Of a DNA stretch of 64,000 nucleotides, positions 1 to 11,803 are shown one piece after another. The notes beneath the pieces were generated by a model, which saw nothing but the letters and a program-made list of their open reading frames with translations, had not been told where the DNA came from and searched no databases. The stretch comes from Isurus oxyrinchus. Lineage: Eukaryota. Position 1 is the stretch's first letter. Every line of letters starts with the position of its first letter. Location of the stretch: assembly GCA_026770705.1 (NCBI GenBank), contig JANJGN010000005.1, positions 26,040,001 through 26,104,000 of the forward strand, given 5' to 3'. The position numbers and the translations under genes are program-made.

Positions 1-220
1 GAATAAGCAGGTCTAATTTCTGACCCCATTTGTTGGAAGACATCTACTGTTCCACCTACATCAACTAAGCCACAACATCTTCTAAGCAGCAATGTAACAC
101 TCAACAGCAACTATTTATATGGCAACTTTAATGTAATAAAACATCTAAGGTGCTTCATAGAGGTATTATAAAACAAAATATGACACCATGAATAAGGATA
201 TATTAGGGCAAATGACCAAC

Positions 221-1414
221 AGTGTATTTGGATTTCCAAAAGGCATTTGATAAGGTACCACAGAAAAGGTTATTTTACAAGATAAGAACTCATGGTGTTA
301 TGGGTGATACACTAGCAGGGATAGAGGACGGGCTAACCAGCAGAAAGCAGGGTTGGGATAAATGGGTCATTTTCAGGTTGGCAAACTGTAACTAGTGGAG
401 TGTCAAAAGGATCTGTGTTGGGGCCTCAACTACTAACAATTTCTATTAATGACTTGGAAGAAGGAACCAACCATACTGTAGCCAAATTTGCTGATGGTAC
501 AAAGGTAGAAAAGCAAGTTGTGAGGAGGATATAAAGAGTCAGCAAAGGGTTAGAGATAGGTTAAGTGAATGGGCAAAAAATTGGGAGATGAAGTATAATG
601 TAGTAAAATGTGAGGTTATCCACTTTGGGGGGGAAAATAGAAAAGCAGAATATTATTTAAATGGAAATAGACTGCTGAATGCTATAGTACAGAGGGATCT
701 GCGAGTCCTTGAACATGAATCACAAAAGCATGCAGGTACAGCAAGTAATTAAGAAGACAAAATGGAATGTTGGCATTTATTGCAAGGGGGTTGGAGTATA
801 AAAGTAGGAAGTCTTGCTACAACTATACAGGGCATTGGTGAGACCGCACCTAGTGTACTGTGTACAGTTTTGGTCACCTTACTTAAAGAGAGGCATATAC
901 TTGCATTGGAAACAGTTCAGAGAAGGTTCACTAGGCTGATTCCAAGGATGAAGGGTTTTTTTTATGAGGAAAGGTTGAGCAGGTTGGACCTATACTCATT
1001 AGAGTTCAGAAGAATGAGAGGTGATTTTATTGAAACATATTAAGATTCTGAGGCAGCTTGACAAAGTAAATGCTAGAAGGATGTCTCCCATTATGGGGAA
1101 TCCAGAACTAGGGGGCACAGTTTAAAAATAAGGGGTCTCCCATTTAAGTCAGAAATGAGGAGGAATTTCTTTTCTCAGAGGCCCGTGAGTCTTTGGAATT
1201 CTCTTCCACAGAGAGCAGTGGAGTCTGGGCCATTGAATATGTTCAAGGCTGAGTTAGATAGATTTTTGACTGAAAAGGGATTTAAGAGTTACAGGGGGCA
1301 TACAGGAAAGTGGAATTAAGGCCAAATCAGATCAGCCATGAGCTTATTGAATGGTGGGGCAGGCTTGAGGGACCAAATGGCCTAACTTTTGTTCAACTTC
1401 CTTATGTTCTTATG
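221..1414 (+). mobile_element. CR1-type LINE, 5'-truncated and decayed (RT C-terminus to 3' end)
   Basis: YLDFQKAFDKV, FADGTK and [13 protein letters not shown]...EERLSRL motifs with frameshifts. Typical 3' end GGACCAAATGGCC...CTTATGTTCTTATG. Confidence 0.9.
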
Positions 1415-2161
1415 AGGTCAAAGGAGACCAATTTAAAGGAGGTCGGAAGCAAAATAGGTTTGCCATTTTTCCTTTCAGTTCTGTTGCCTGGGTTTTGATC
1501 AGATTGATGGAACAAAAGTCTTGGGCCTGTCAGCTGTATCCACCTTTAGGTAGTCTCAACGTCACCTGGAGTATATTTGTGTAACAGTACAGAGCTGTCA
1601 ATAATTCTACAGCACAAGGTGTTAAATAAGCAGTCTCGTTTTCACAAAAGCAACAAGAGAAGTGGATATGGAAAATGGTATAGTGTTAGAGTACTTACTT
1701 TTCATAGAATGTGCTCTATGCCTGAGGGTTTAATTTCCTTTGCTAGTGTACAGGCTGTATGCTATTTTAATATTGTCACAAATCTAGTTAAATTAAGTTA
1801 GTTCAATTATTACACACAGGAAAGCATTAACCACTGTACTTCAGAAGAAGGAAAATCTTGTGACCAGGGAATACTTTGTGAAAACACTGGGTACTGAAAG
1901 GGTAAAGGGCTAAAAATTAATTTTCTCCCATTTTCAGGCATGGGAATGTGATTTGCAATCTGCCAACACCCGGTCCCATTGAGGTAGGCAACATGCAAAC
2001 TTTTTGCTGCTCTCTCATTTGCATGATGTTAGCATTTGGCAGAGCCTGACCCATGTTGTTAGCTGCCTGAACACTCAAGAGGAGCTTAGCAGCCTGTGCG
2101 GTTAGCATGTATTCCCGCTAGCCTGCAGCTCTTACAGTTAGCCTGTCCCTCTTGAAGGGAA

Positions 2162-2396
2162 AACAAAAACAGAATTACCTGGAAAAACTCAGCAGGTCTG
2201 GCAGCATCGGCGGAGAAGAAGAGAGTTGACGTTTCGAGTCCTCATGACCCTTCGACAGAAGTTCTGTCGAAGGGTCATGAGGACTCGAAACGTCAACGCT
2301 TTTCTTCTCCGCCGATGCTGCCAGACCTGCTGAGTTTTTCCAGGTAATTCTGTTTTTGTTTTGGATTTCCAGCATCCGCAGTTTTCTTTGCTTTTA
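2162..2396. mobile_element. Palindromic non-autonomous Penelope-like mini-element, copy 1
   Basis: 100-bp inverted arms (2161-2260 / 2262-2361, 2 mismatches), a 35-nt tail (2362-2396) and direct repeat CCTCTTGAAGGGAA at 2148-2161 and 2397-2410. Same sequence family as the 3' end of the PLE at 61487-62403. Confidence 0.85.
2260..2297 (+). ncRNA. Minimal type I hammerhead-ribozyme-like motif (variant core), mirrored on the minus strand
   Basis: GTT-CTGTCGA-A-GGGTC-ATGAG-GACTC-GAAAC-GTC-AAC: stem I GUU/AAC, stem II GGGUC/GACUC, GAAA, loop-less stem III and a GUC cleavage triplet. The core has U at position A6. Confidence 0.6.
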
Positions 2397-2696
2397 CCTC
2401 TTGAAGGGAAGCTGTGCTTGTTAGAAGGAAGCAGCTGCTAACTGCCCATATTGCAATTGACTGCTCATAGAAGTTGAACAAATGGAGCACCAGGGAAGAG
2501 AGACGGCTCCCTGGTTGACAGTTGTGTCACGAGAGCCCTTCGTAATGGAGGTCGACAGGAGGAGAGAGTAACATATTTCTGCACAGGGCCAGGAGGCCCT
2601 CAAGGAACACCCGTTAAAGGGAATAGAACTAGGTAGCAAGGGAAGTCAAATCCCAGAGTCTGGTCCCTATGAAGCTTAATGACCTCATGTGGGTGA

Positions 2697-3009
2697 TCAA
2701 GGCCAGTGAATGTATCTTTGCATGATACCTCTTATTCACAGATCCTCTAACTTATCACTATTCTAAATGTTCAACCTGAATCCTGACTGCGAGGGACTGC
2801 TGATGGTGAATGATGTGATGTGGTGCATTGAACAGCGTGAAGATCAGTGAACTCACGTAGGTAGTCAAGGCCAGTGAATGTATCTTTGCATGACATCTGA
2901 TATTCACAGATTCTCTAACTTGTCACGCTGTTCAATGCACCACATGACATCACTCACCCATCAGCAGTCTCTCACAGTCAGGATTTAGGTCTAACATTTA
3001 GAATAGTGA
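2697..3009. repeat. A-B-spacer-A'-B(inverted) duplication
   Basis: 2697-2758 is repeated directly at 2865-2926. 2755-2840 is repeated in reverse complement at 2923-3009. Confidence 0.85.
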
Positions 3010-3011
3010 TG

Positions 3012-3229
3012 TGTTTCATGCAGCAAGTGGTTAGGGTGTGGAATGCTCTATCTGAGTATGCTGGAAGCAGGTTCAACTGAAGCATTCAAAAGGGAATTAG
3101 ACTGTTATCTGAAAAGGAAGAATATGCAGGGTTACGGGAGAATGGCACTAGGTGAATTCGGAGAACTGGTGTAAACATGATAGGCCAAATAGCTTCCTTC
3201 TGCGCTGTGACAATTCTGTGATTCTGTGA
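3012..3229 (+). mobile_element. CR1 3'-end fragment
   Basis: GTGGTTAGGGTGTGGAATGC...GGCCAAATAGCTTCCTTCTGCGCTGTGACAATTCTGTGATTCTGTGA tail. Confidence 0.75.
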
Positions 3230-3364
3230 GATGCTCTGCCTCATCCTCATACAACCACTAATGATTCCCAGACTCATAGGCATCTCTCAAAGCCTCCAGC
3301 TATTCAGCTATGGCAGGCACTTCACTCAAACACAGTGCAATGCAATCAGAAATTATTTTGTCTC

Positions 3365-4760
3365 TTTCTTTTGCAGGGTAAGTTCATATACAAGCACAGA
3401 GTATAGGGCAGAACCGAAGTGGGCCAGGCACAATTACAACACCTAAGCCCTACAGAGGAGATAGTCTCCATATCCTGTGTCCAGCTGTGACAGAGCCCGT
3501 AACTTTCAGCATCACACAATGACATTCAGGATGATGCCTTGTTCCTGCCTTTTTCCTCTTCTGAACATCCATCTTACCCATGCCTTGGTACTTAGCATGA
3601 AGTGCAAATGGTGTGACCACCGACATCTTGCTTTCCATTCTACCCAACTTCCCTCACCCCAAACCCTTCCCTTCTAATTTTCTGCATTCAGAGATGCAAG
3701 AACCACTGCCTGCCCTGCCACAGTGATCTCAGGAGGAAAAGCAAGAGAAACACCTCATCACTGAAGAAGAAGCACCATCACTTGTTCAGACACTCGCTGT
3801 TACCAGCTCACATATTAGCGCTGTATAGTTTAAAGTGCATATCTAGATGTGGTACGTGGTGAGTGTGCTGCAGCCACACAATGGGAAAGGAGGATAGTGC
3901 CAGCTCACTGGAGGTCAGCGTCACATACAAGGTGTACTGCAGGGAACTCAGAAAAGGACTCTGATGGATGGCTCACAGGAAAATGCTGATGAGCATACAC
4001 GCCAAAATACTTGCTGCCTTGCAGGCCTGCCAGTCTCTTGTCGTTGCCAAGGAGCATGGAGGAGTCCTGCTCCAATTACAAGTTGGAGCTCATCCTTTCA
4101 GCATGAAAGTGGTGGCCAACTCCATGACAGCACTTGGGAGTTCCAGCCGTGATGCAACCTCTGATGACCAGTGTCTCAGTTTCCATTGCAGCACAGCCAA
4201 AAGTCACCAAATGTCTCAGTGCCTCAATGGAAGCTCAGACTGAAGTCATGGCAAGCTGCCAGGCAGGCTCAGACTGCTGCCATCATGGCTGCAGATACCA
4301 CAGCTCAAAAGGGGCATGCAGGCTCTCACAGCAATCCAGCAATCTGTCCTCCAACAACATGCTAGGATTGCACAGGCACCACCCCAGGATAGTGCTAGTG
4401 CCACCGTGGTGCTTGAACCTTCAGTCCTCTCTCAGGATGACAGTATTCATTGTTCCACCACTATCATTGCACCAATGCCCTTGCTGGTACCTCCCAGCCA
4501 GCCAGTGCAGACTGTTGCTACCCATCCTAAATATTGAGGTGGGGCAGTCTGAAACCAGGCCTTATAGACCCAGAGCTGCTCAAGGTCGTCCTGAAAGAGC
4601 AGCTGAAGTCTCTCCCATTTAAAGTCGGCAGCATTCCAAGAGCAATGCTGCAACCATTGGGTTAACAAAGTGTAGGAGCACAAGTACAGGCAAAGGCACA
4701 CATAAGGCAGGCATTATAAGAATGGACAAGCGTGAATAGTTCATTTTTAATTGGAGATAT
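3365..4760 (+). mobile_element. Decayed PIF/Harbinger Myb/SANT-gene remnant
   Basis: After a polypyrimidine-AG, the sequence reads GKFIYKHRV*GRTEVGQAQLQHLSPTEE, resembling the RTGGG...LSPxEE segment of Harbinger Myb proteins. Degenerate low-complexity coding sequence follows. Confidence 0.4.
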
Positions 4761-5009
4761 TCCTGGATAAAAATGTTGTGAAAAGATTTTTCTTGGTGGC
4801 TTTTATTGCAGGATTTTGGCCACGGGGCCCGGTGACAGTCCATCACAGATCGATGAGAAGGTGGGGAATAGTGGAGCCATAATGGAATTGACTCAAAATC
4901 AAGATCCTGGCGCCCATCAGCAGGGATGCACTGACTGTCAATAACACCCCAGCTATAGGCTTGAGACCCGTGAGCCCATATATCTGCCCATTAAGTTGCA
5001 GCACAGATA

Positions 5010-5112
5010 TAATTCTGAAGAACGGTCCTTTACCTGAAACATTGCCTGTTTCTTTCTGCACAGATGCTGGCAGAACTGCTGAACATTTCCAGCATTTTCT
5101 GTTTTTATTTAC
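5010..5112 (+). mobile_element. Solo PLE pseudo-LTR fragment with degenerate hammerhead motif
   Basis: CTGAAGA-ACGGTC-CTTT-ACCT-GAAAC-ATT followed by CACAGATGCTGGCAGAACTGCTGAACATTTCCAGCATTTTCTG. Confidence 0.65.
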
Positions 5113-5489
5113 CATGACTCACTGTTTTCTGTTCTTAAGCAAATTTTTTTAATCCAAACTGACAATGACCCTGCTATTGTATGAGTTACAATTTTGAAAA
5201 CTAGCCTTTTCAGCCTTCTTACTTTGTCAAGCTCTTTCTTAAAACCCATATAGGCAATATTTACCACACCTCCATCAACTTTCTCTGTTATTGAATTAAA
5301 AATTCAGTAAGATTAATCAAATATGATTTGTCTTTTACAAATCTGTGCTGGCTTTCCAGAGAGAATGATGAACTCATCTCTTGTCACAAACAGGGCCTCT
5401 GTTACCTCCAGGATGCAGCTATGGACAGCATACTGGGAGATATTTTCTATGTTGCCCATTCCGAGCTGGAGTGATGTATCACTTAGAAG

Positions 5490-5740
5490 TTATTCATGGG
5501 ATGTGTGTGACTCTGGCAAGGCGAGTATTTATTGCCTATCCCTAATTGCCCTTGAGGAGGCGGTGATGAGCTGCCTTCTGGAACCACCACAGTCCATGTG
5601 GTGTAGGTACACCCACAATGCTGTTATGAAAGGAGTTCCAAGATTTTGGCCCAGTGACATGAAAGAACAGCAATATAGTTCCAAGTCAGGGTGCTGTATG
5701 GTTTAGAGGGGAACTTATAGCAGGTGCTGTCCTTGTTCTG
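5490..5740 (-). mobile_element. LINE family B 3'-end fragment (resumes at ~6652-6720 after a Harbinger insertion)
   Basis: Shares the ATTCATGGGATGTG...TTTATTGCC...CCCTAATTGCCCTTGAG tail with the copies at 11935, 14537 and 39220. Confidence 0.75.
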
Positions 5741-5759
5741 CAAGGATGGTGACCTTATT

Positions 5760-6651
5760 GGCCACTGGCAGTACCAACCTCGCCCTGCTGTGAGGCTGCT
5801 AGTCCTGTTGCAGGTGGTGGCATAGTTCTGTGATCACCTCCTTGGCAAATCTCCTGGGTGAGGCAGAGGTAGGGGAAGTGGTTCCTGAAAACTTATGGTG
5901 GGCTAAACCTATTGTAGCAAGCCTTCCCCCTCTCCCACTGTGCAGAGTTTGCCCTCTCTGCAGCCTCAGCTCTATTTGCCTGTTATGTTGCCAACTCAAA
6001 GGCATTGCAAATACAGCCCCAATCACTGTTGTAGCTTTTATGTGGACGGGCCAGAAAACCCCTCAGCCCTCTCTGTGAGGATGCAGTGACACTCCCTGCC
6101 AAATCCAGAAACTCACCACGACAACTCCAAAAACACTTCAGATATTTCCACAAACTTTACAATAGCAGGTGAGTCAAAAACACCTCCTCTGCCAGTTGGA
6201 TGCCTGTCCCCTTAAATAGTGTTGGTGGGGTTGGGAGGTTTCTCATGGAGCTGAACGCATGTCATGATCTGTTGACGTTGATAGCTTTCAGTGCATGCTT
6301 GGCACGGCTATCCTAGCAGCCTCCCCAGCAAGGGGCACCTTGTGGTCTGCGCCTTAAGTGGCACCGGCATATGCCATTTTCTGAGCTTGGGGCTTCCATA
6401 GTGGTGCTGTGGAGCCCAATTTCACAGCCAAAATGTTCAAAGCCCTATCAGTGACATACATATGATCATTTGAATATTTTTCCCCACCAACATCAGGTTA
6501 GGCAGCCAGGAATCCTGCTTCAGCCATTTCCACCCTACCAAGTAGTTGGCGGAGGTTCTCCTGCCGCCATGAGACTGATGCAATGTCTCCCTCCATTAAG
6601 TGAGCCTGGTTGCCATGGTTCCTGCCGTGACAGGCCGCATTAAATTCAGCC
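5760..6651 (-). mobile_element. PIF/Harbinger terminal fragment with transposase N-terminal remnant
   Basis: Terminus GGGCTGAATTT at 6651. Minus-strand peptide RFAKEVITELCHHLQQD resembles the HARBI1-type N-terminal helix region. Confidence 0.5.
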
Positions 6652-7022
6652 CCTGACTTGTGCATCGTAAATGATGGACAGGCTTTGGGGGTGTCAGGAG
6701 GTGAGTTACTCACCGCAAAATCTGGATCTGTTTCCAGCCCAAGATTCCTGTCCCCATGTTATTGTGTGTGAAATTATAAAGTGCTGAAAATTCATTCACG
6801 TATGATCATTTGGGCATCTCAACCCAACTCTCCTGAATTTAAAATGTTGTCAAGCTTATGTAGTGGGTAAAAACAATTTGCAAGTAAAAAGCTTCACAAT
6901 GATAAAACCATTCTAGAATTTTGAATGCTGTGCAGCGATCCATAGTTGTCTGCTCATGCAACAAATATCTAATGATCTGGGACAGCATCCACTGTTCACA
7001 AGCTAATTCCTATGAAAGGTTC

Positions 7023-7028
7023 TTTATT
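7023..7028 (-). terminator. Candidate distal polyadenylation signal of RAB31
   Basis: Minus strand reads caaTGTAcattcAATAAAg: a UGUA (CFIm) element just upstream and GU-containing sequence downstream. Confidence 0.5.
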
Positions 7029-7469
7029 GAATGTACATTGAAACGGCTTATGTTCAGCAACACTGCAATGTTAATAGTATTTACTATACAGTATTAGTAA
7101 TGAGAATAACACATACATCGTACCCATTTAATTGACATGTACTACATGGGACCAGCCCAATCTAAAAAATAACACATATTTTAATTGAAAATGCGCTTAG
7201 CATTAAAATGAGTTACACTTGACTGACAGAATACCCAAATTGGTGCCAAAGAGTCTGGTCATGAAAAGCCCTGTGATTATGATGGAGTAGACTTATACAA
7301 ATATGAATTCTTCAACTTATACCTTGATCACTAAGGCACATGGATAGATTTCTTTAGAACTGCAGCCAAGTTTCCCTTTTGGCCGCTAATGTCATATAAA
7401 AAAAATTGTGACGAATTTGCAGCATTTCCATTATTATGATTACACCAAAAACAACATCTAATTGGGATG

Positions 7470-7683
7470 AAAACAAAAAAACTGCGGATGCTGGAAATCC
7501 AAAACAAAAACAGAATTACCTGGAAAAACTCAGCAGGTCTGGCAGCATCGGCGGAGAAGAAAAGAGTTGACGTTTCGAGTCCTCATAACCCTTCGACAGA
7601 ACAAGGACTCGAAACGTCAACTCTTTTCTTCTCCGCCGATGCTGCCAGACCTGCTGAGTTTTTCCAGGTAATTCTGTTTTTGT
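7470..7683. mobile_element. Palindromic PLE mini-element, copy 2 (inside the putative RAB31 3'UTR)
   Basis: Perfect 80-bp inverted arms (7504-7583 / 7604-7683), a 20-nt loop, a 34-nt tail (7470-7503) and TSD ATCTAATTGGGATG at 7456-7469 and 7684-7697. Confidence 0.88.
7565..7602 (-). ncRNA. Hammerhead-like motif in RAB31 sense orientation
   Basis: Minus strand reads GTT-CTGTCGA-A-GGGTT-ATGAG-GACTC-GAAAC-GTC-AACT. Confidence 0.55.
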
Positions 7684-8347
7684 ATCTAATTGGGATGTTT
7701 TTATATAGCAAATTACACCAAAAAGCCAAAAGGTGTGATTATTTAGTAATCAAGGTTAAGTTCTGCATGATCAATGATCACAGGGCTATTAACCTGAAGC
7801 AATTAAAGATAACAATGGCAGCAGAGGTTCAATTATTATGAAACAAAGCGGTCCAATAATTGTGTAAATTGTCAGTTCATATCAGTAATCTGCATTTCAT
7901 AAATCAGTAAATCTTTCTAATTTACACATCATAAAGGTCGTGGAATACAGGGGCATTGAAGCTAACATTATTTTGCCACACCATGGAGTGAGAACTGCGT
8001 GATCAGTTCTCAACCTGAGCCAGCTTTCACAGGAAGGTACTGAGCAGAAGCTGGGTGATTCTCCACAAAGACGAGAGGAGTGAAAATAAATGTAGAGACA
8101 CTCTATGCTATCCTTGTATTCTTCCTAATGGCCGACAACAAAAGGCTTTCACAGAAGTCTAGGAGCATGGCACTCACCTGCCTCTTGTGCAGGATGGTAC
8201 ATTGCACATTGGATTGAAATAAATGAGAGCAGGGGCCAAAAACATAAACATCATACATAATATGATAAAGCCTTCAATTTGTATTGTGCGTTCATTTGAA
8301 CACTGCAGCAGAATAAAACCAATTTGCCATTCCATGCATGGTGGCAC

Positions 8348-8445
8348 CAAGAAGGCAGCTCACCTTCTCAAGGAAAATGAGGATGGGTAATAAATGCTGG
8401 CCTTGCCAGCGATGCTCACATCCAGGGGATGAATTAAAAGAAAAA
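8348..8445 (+). mobile_element. LINE family B 3' tail fragment
   Basis: AAGAAGGCAGCTCACC...GGATGGGTAATAAATGCTGGCCTTGCCAGCGATGCTCACATCC. Confidence 0.7.
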
Positions 8446-10229
8446 TCAATTTAGTGATGCATTGTGACATAAAGTTTTACCCTTGCAAACAGGTTAGCAA
8501 CCATTCAGTTAAATTGATTTCTGATGGACTTTTGTGCAAAGATCCTGGAGCTAAATCTGTGTAACATGAAGCAAGTAACTTGACACAGCACTGGAATTTC
8601 AAGATTGTCACTGCCTCTCTGCTCATGCACTAGAACCAGACTCTTAAAAGGTGGAAAATGCAACTGTCAACTTACAATTATTCTACATGTTTCCATTTGA
8701 AAATATTTTAAAGAAATAATGATAGGTAGGCACCATTTATATACTAGCACCAAATGATGCTTTGGGCATTGAAGACTGCACCTTAAAGACTGGGAATACA
8801 CCAAGAGCTATGTTAATACAATACCCAACCCCTCCTTAACAATGTGGAATGAATTTACAAAAGAAAAATGGAACCCGTATGAAATTCCCATTCATAATGG
8901 CTGCAAGTGAAAGGTAGGACTAGAAGAAAGTTTTCTCAATGCTATGGACTAAAGAAAAAAAAACGAGGGAGAATCCGTCTACAGAACCCCAATCACTGCT
9001 GACTTTATTTGACTTTTTAAATATAAAGCCTTCAGAACATTGTTTCATCATGATAACGTGATAGTTTCTCAAACACTGTCAACCAGAAAAGGAAAACCTG
9101 TAGTTAGTCAAATATAAGATTTTGCTGTTATCAACAAAGAGAATGGGCTGCTGGAAGTGGATGGTGTGGTCTCAGTCTATGCCAATTATGAAAAGTCCTT
9201 TCTAATAGAGGCTGGAAGAAATACTCCTACCTACCCAGATTAACAACTCTTCAGTATGATTGGTTAAGGAGATACACAGTTATTTGCCCTGTTCACACAG
9301 CTCCCAGATTCTCTGCAGGAAGTGCCGTACTGTGTCAATCTTCCACTTGCAGCAACTTGCCCTGCAAAGGTATTGCTCCTGTACCTTCCAGTGGGAGTCA
9401 CTAGCGAGTGAGCAGAGTAAGAATCTTGCCTGATCCTCCTGATTCCAAAGCTGATGATGTCAACTGCCCCCCTATCGCTGAGACCAGTTAACAGTGCAGG
9501 CCAAGGATCGATCAGGGGGTCTTCTTGCTCTTCATAGTTCACTGGCACACAAGGCAATTCATTCTTCCATCGAGTTCATACGATTACCAAAGGAGTAATT
9601 TTCACCTTTGTATGACCATGTGCATTAACACTTTTAACTATGGAGCACGAAAGAAACAGTGAAGAGTTTTAACTGGCGTTTAGTTTATACTGTTTCATAG
9701 CCATCTCGTAAGTTCTTGATCAGCTCAGAATAAATAAACAGACCATTTAGTAATGTGTAACTGGGACTATTATGAGTTAAAATGCTCACCCATGGGCTGT
9801 GCACATAAATTAGGATTACACCAAAGAAGTTCAATTTGCTTCTGACTGCTTGTAACCTAGAGTGTCCACAAAAAGCGGAACCGACTTCAGTCACTTTGCT
9901 CAGAAAAGGAACAGGAAAGGGCAGAAAAGAAGTCAGAAGGAAGGAAGGAGAACAACAAAACGGAGAGCTGGCATTTCAATATTTTCATTCATAGTGCAGG
10001 TATTCTCTCTGAAAACTCTTACAGTAACTTCATGAAAGCAGGACAACAGTGTGCTAGAATGAAAGAGTCAGCAGCCCAACCACTGACAAATAACCTTGAG
10101 ACTGCTAAATAATTCAAACAATAACACAAAAAAATGGGTTTTCTTCTCTTTTTTTTCCTGTTTGGCTGCTTGGAATGAGGATGTTGATTCAGCGTTGCTC
10201 AGGCTTGGTCTCCCAACACAGCTGGCTGC

Positions 10230-10327
10230 TCAGCAGCAGCGCTTGCTCGATTGTACCTGGTGTCTTCCAACTTTGAAAGCTCCATTGCTATTAACCTGAG
10301 AGGGATCCAAAGGTGGAATCTGTTGAC
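10230..10327 (-). CDS. RAB31: RAB31 last coding exon (equivalent to exon 7), 98 nt: (S)QQIPPLDPSQVNSNGAFKVGRHQVQSSKRCC*
   Basis: tgctttttcag|GTCAACAG...TGCTGCTGA. QIPPLDP matches the RAB31 hypervariable tail, it ends in the CC geranylgeranylation motif, and the phase matches the previous exon. Confidence 0.95.
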
Positions 10328-11702
10328 CTGAAAAAGCACAGTTGGAACATTAATGATTACTGGGGTTATCTTCAGGACAACCAGTTTTTAAAATTCCCAT
10401 ATTCTGGGTTTACTGAATTGGCACATCAATGATTCATGTGTCCCATGCATGGTACACGGTTAAAATGTCATAACCTGTTCTTTTGCCCTTTACAAATCTT
10501 TCGGATCCAACTAAACTGGGCCTTAGTTTAACATCTGAAAAACACCAATGCACTGAAATGTGGTCTTGAGCTCATGGCTTTCTGACTCAAGGCAGTTCTA
10601 CCTTTGAGCCAAACTGACACTCAAGTTAGCTAAATTCACCTGGCTCAGTGTTGAGGGCACTGGAGCTGCTTCACTCAGTATTCTGAGCCATGTTACCCTC
10701 TCCCCATTCCCCTCCCATCCAATAACTCTGCTAAAGAAAACGGCTTGCATATTGATGTTGACTCAGGGTAAAATTGGGCTTGGTTCTAATCTGCCTGATC
10801 AGTTTACTGAAAATTACCTGATTCCTCATGTGTTGTTCACTGAAATACAGACTGGAAATGAGCTTGGCCAAGAGAATCCCCTATAATGCAATGCAGCACT
10901 GTGACCTTTCAGAGTTTAATTGTCTCTTGAGAGAATCGAGTATCAGGGCAGCTCTTTCTTCTTTAAACTCTCCATTATGTGTAAGCTTGTACTCTATGGA
11001 GTGAAAATACGCATCTGGCCTGCATTGCAGTGAAGTCTGCAGTGTGTTATACTGCCAGGTGATTTCCCTGGACTGCATCTTTCCTCTTCACAATTCAGCA
11101 AACAGTTGTGAGAGAATTCCATGGATGAGAGCGCGATTTAAACCCGAGAGCTGAAAACCAGACTAACAAACAGTTTGCTGCAACGGTTTGGTGCCTTCGC
11201 CTGAAGTAAAACAAATCTTTTATGTTCAAGTACATTTCACAAGAAAGACAAAGGGGGCTGAATGCCATTGTTTCCCCAATTACTGAAATCATGAGAGTCA
11301 AAAAAGCTGAAAGTCATTTAAATGAAATTCCAGGTGGTGATTTTGATTGTCTGTATACTATATGGTGCAGATTCATTCTGTTTGGTTTCTACATCTGTTT
11401 TTATTTTTGATGCACAAGCAAAAGCTTTGATTAATCTCCTGAGTCATGACCAGACATGAACAATCATTGACCATTCTTAAAACATACTCTCATTTTTTTT
11501 AAAAAGCCTCCAAACAAACGTTCATGATTTCTCAGTTAAACCAGAATGAACAATCAGATATAATTACTGGGAATAAGTCAGCCAGCCAAATCTTGCCTCT
11601 GATTAAAAGCACCATTTTATTGTGAATGAAGAATGGTTTACTCTGCCGCTAGCATACAGAATAGGCAGTATCTGACACACAGATCATACTAAACTGAAAT
11701 AC

Positions 11703-11803
11703 AGGGTGGAACTTTATGGTCCCACTGAAGTCAATGGACTTTTGAACGGCTCACTAACTTTTATGGCCCCACCCCACCACAACAGGGCCTTAAAATACTG
11801 CCC
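11703..11803. mobile_element. Short Harbinger-type MITE
   Basis: Imperfect TIRs GGGTGGAACTTTATGGTCCC ... GGGCCTTAAAATACTGCCC. Confidence 0.45.

Larger units (their letters stand above)
7000..10229 (-). other. RAB31: Putative RAB31 3'UTR (~3.2 kb)
   Basis: Largely repeat-poor, AT-rich sequence after the stop codon. Candidate minus-strand AATAAA at 9004-9009 and 7023-7028. The end point is inferred. Confidence 0.55.

Noticed and set aside
2175-2490. Recurrent small ORFs MLEIQNKNRITWKNSAGLAAS (also at 7467 and 19306)
   Set aside because: These are translations of the non-coding pLTR repeat, with ends that differ between copies.
2755-2900. Possible C/D-box snoRNA (TGATG and CTGA motifs)
   Set aside because: There is no canonical RUGAUGA with a terminal stem, the region is not in a host intron, and the duplication/inversion explains the structure.
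9264-9894. Minus-strand ORFs of 97 and 69 aa after the RAB31 stop
   Set aside because: They have non-ATG starts and no recognisable domain, and lie in the putative 3'UTR.
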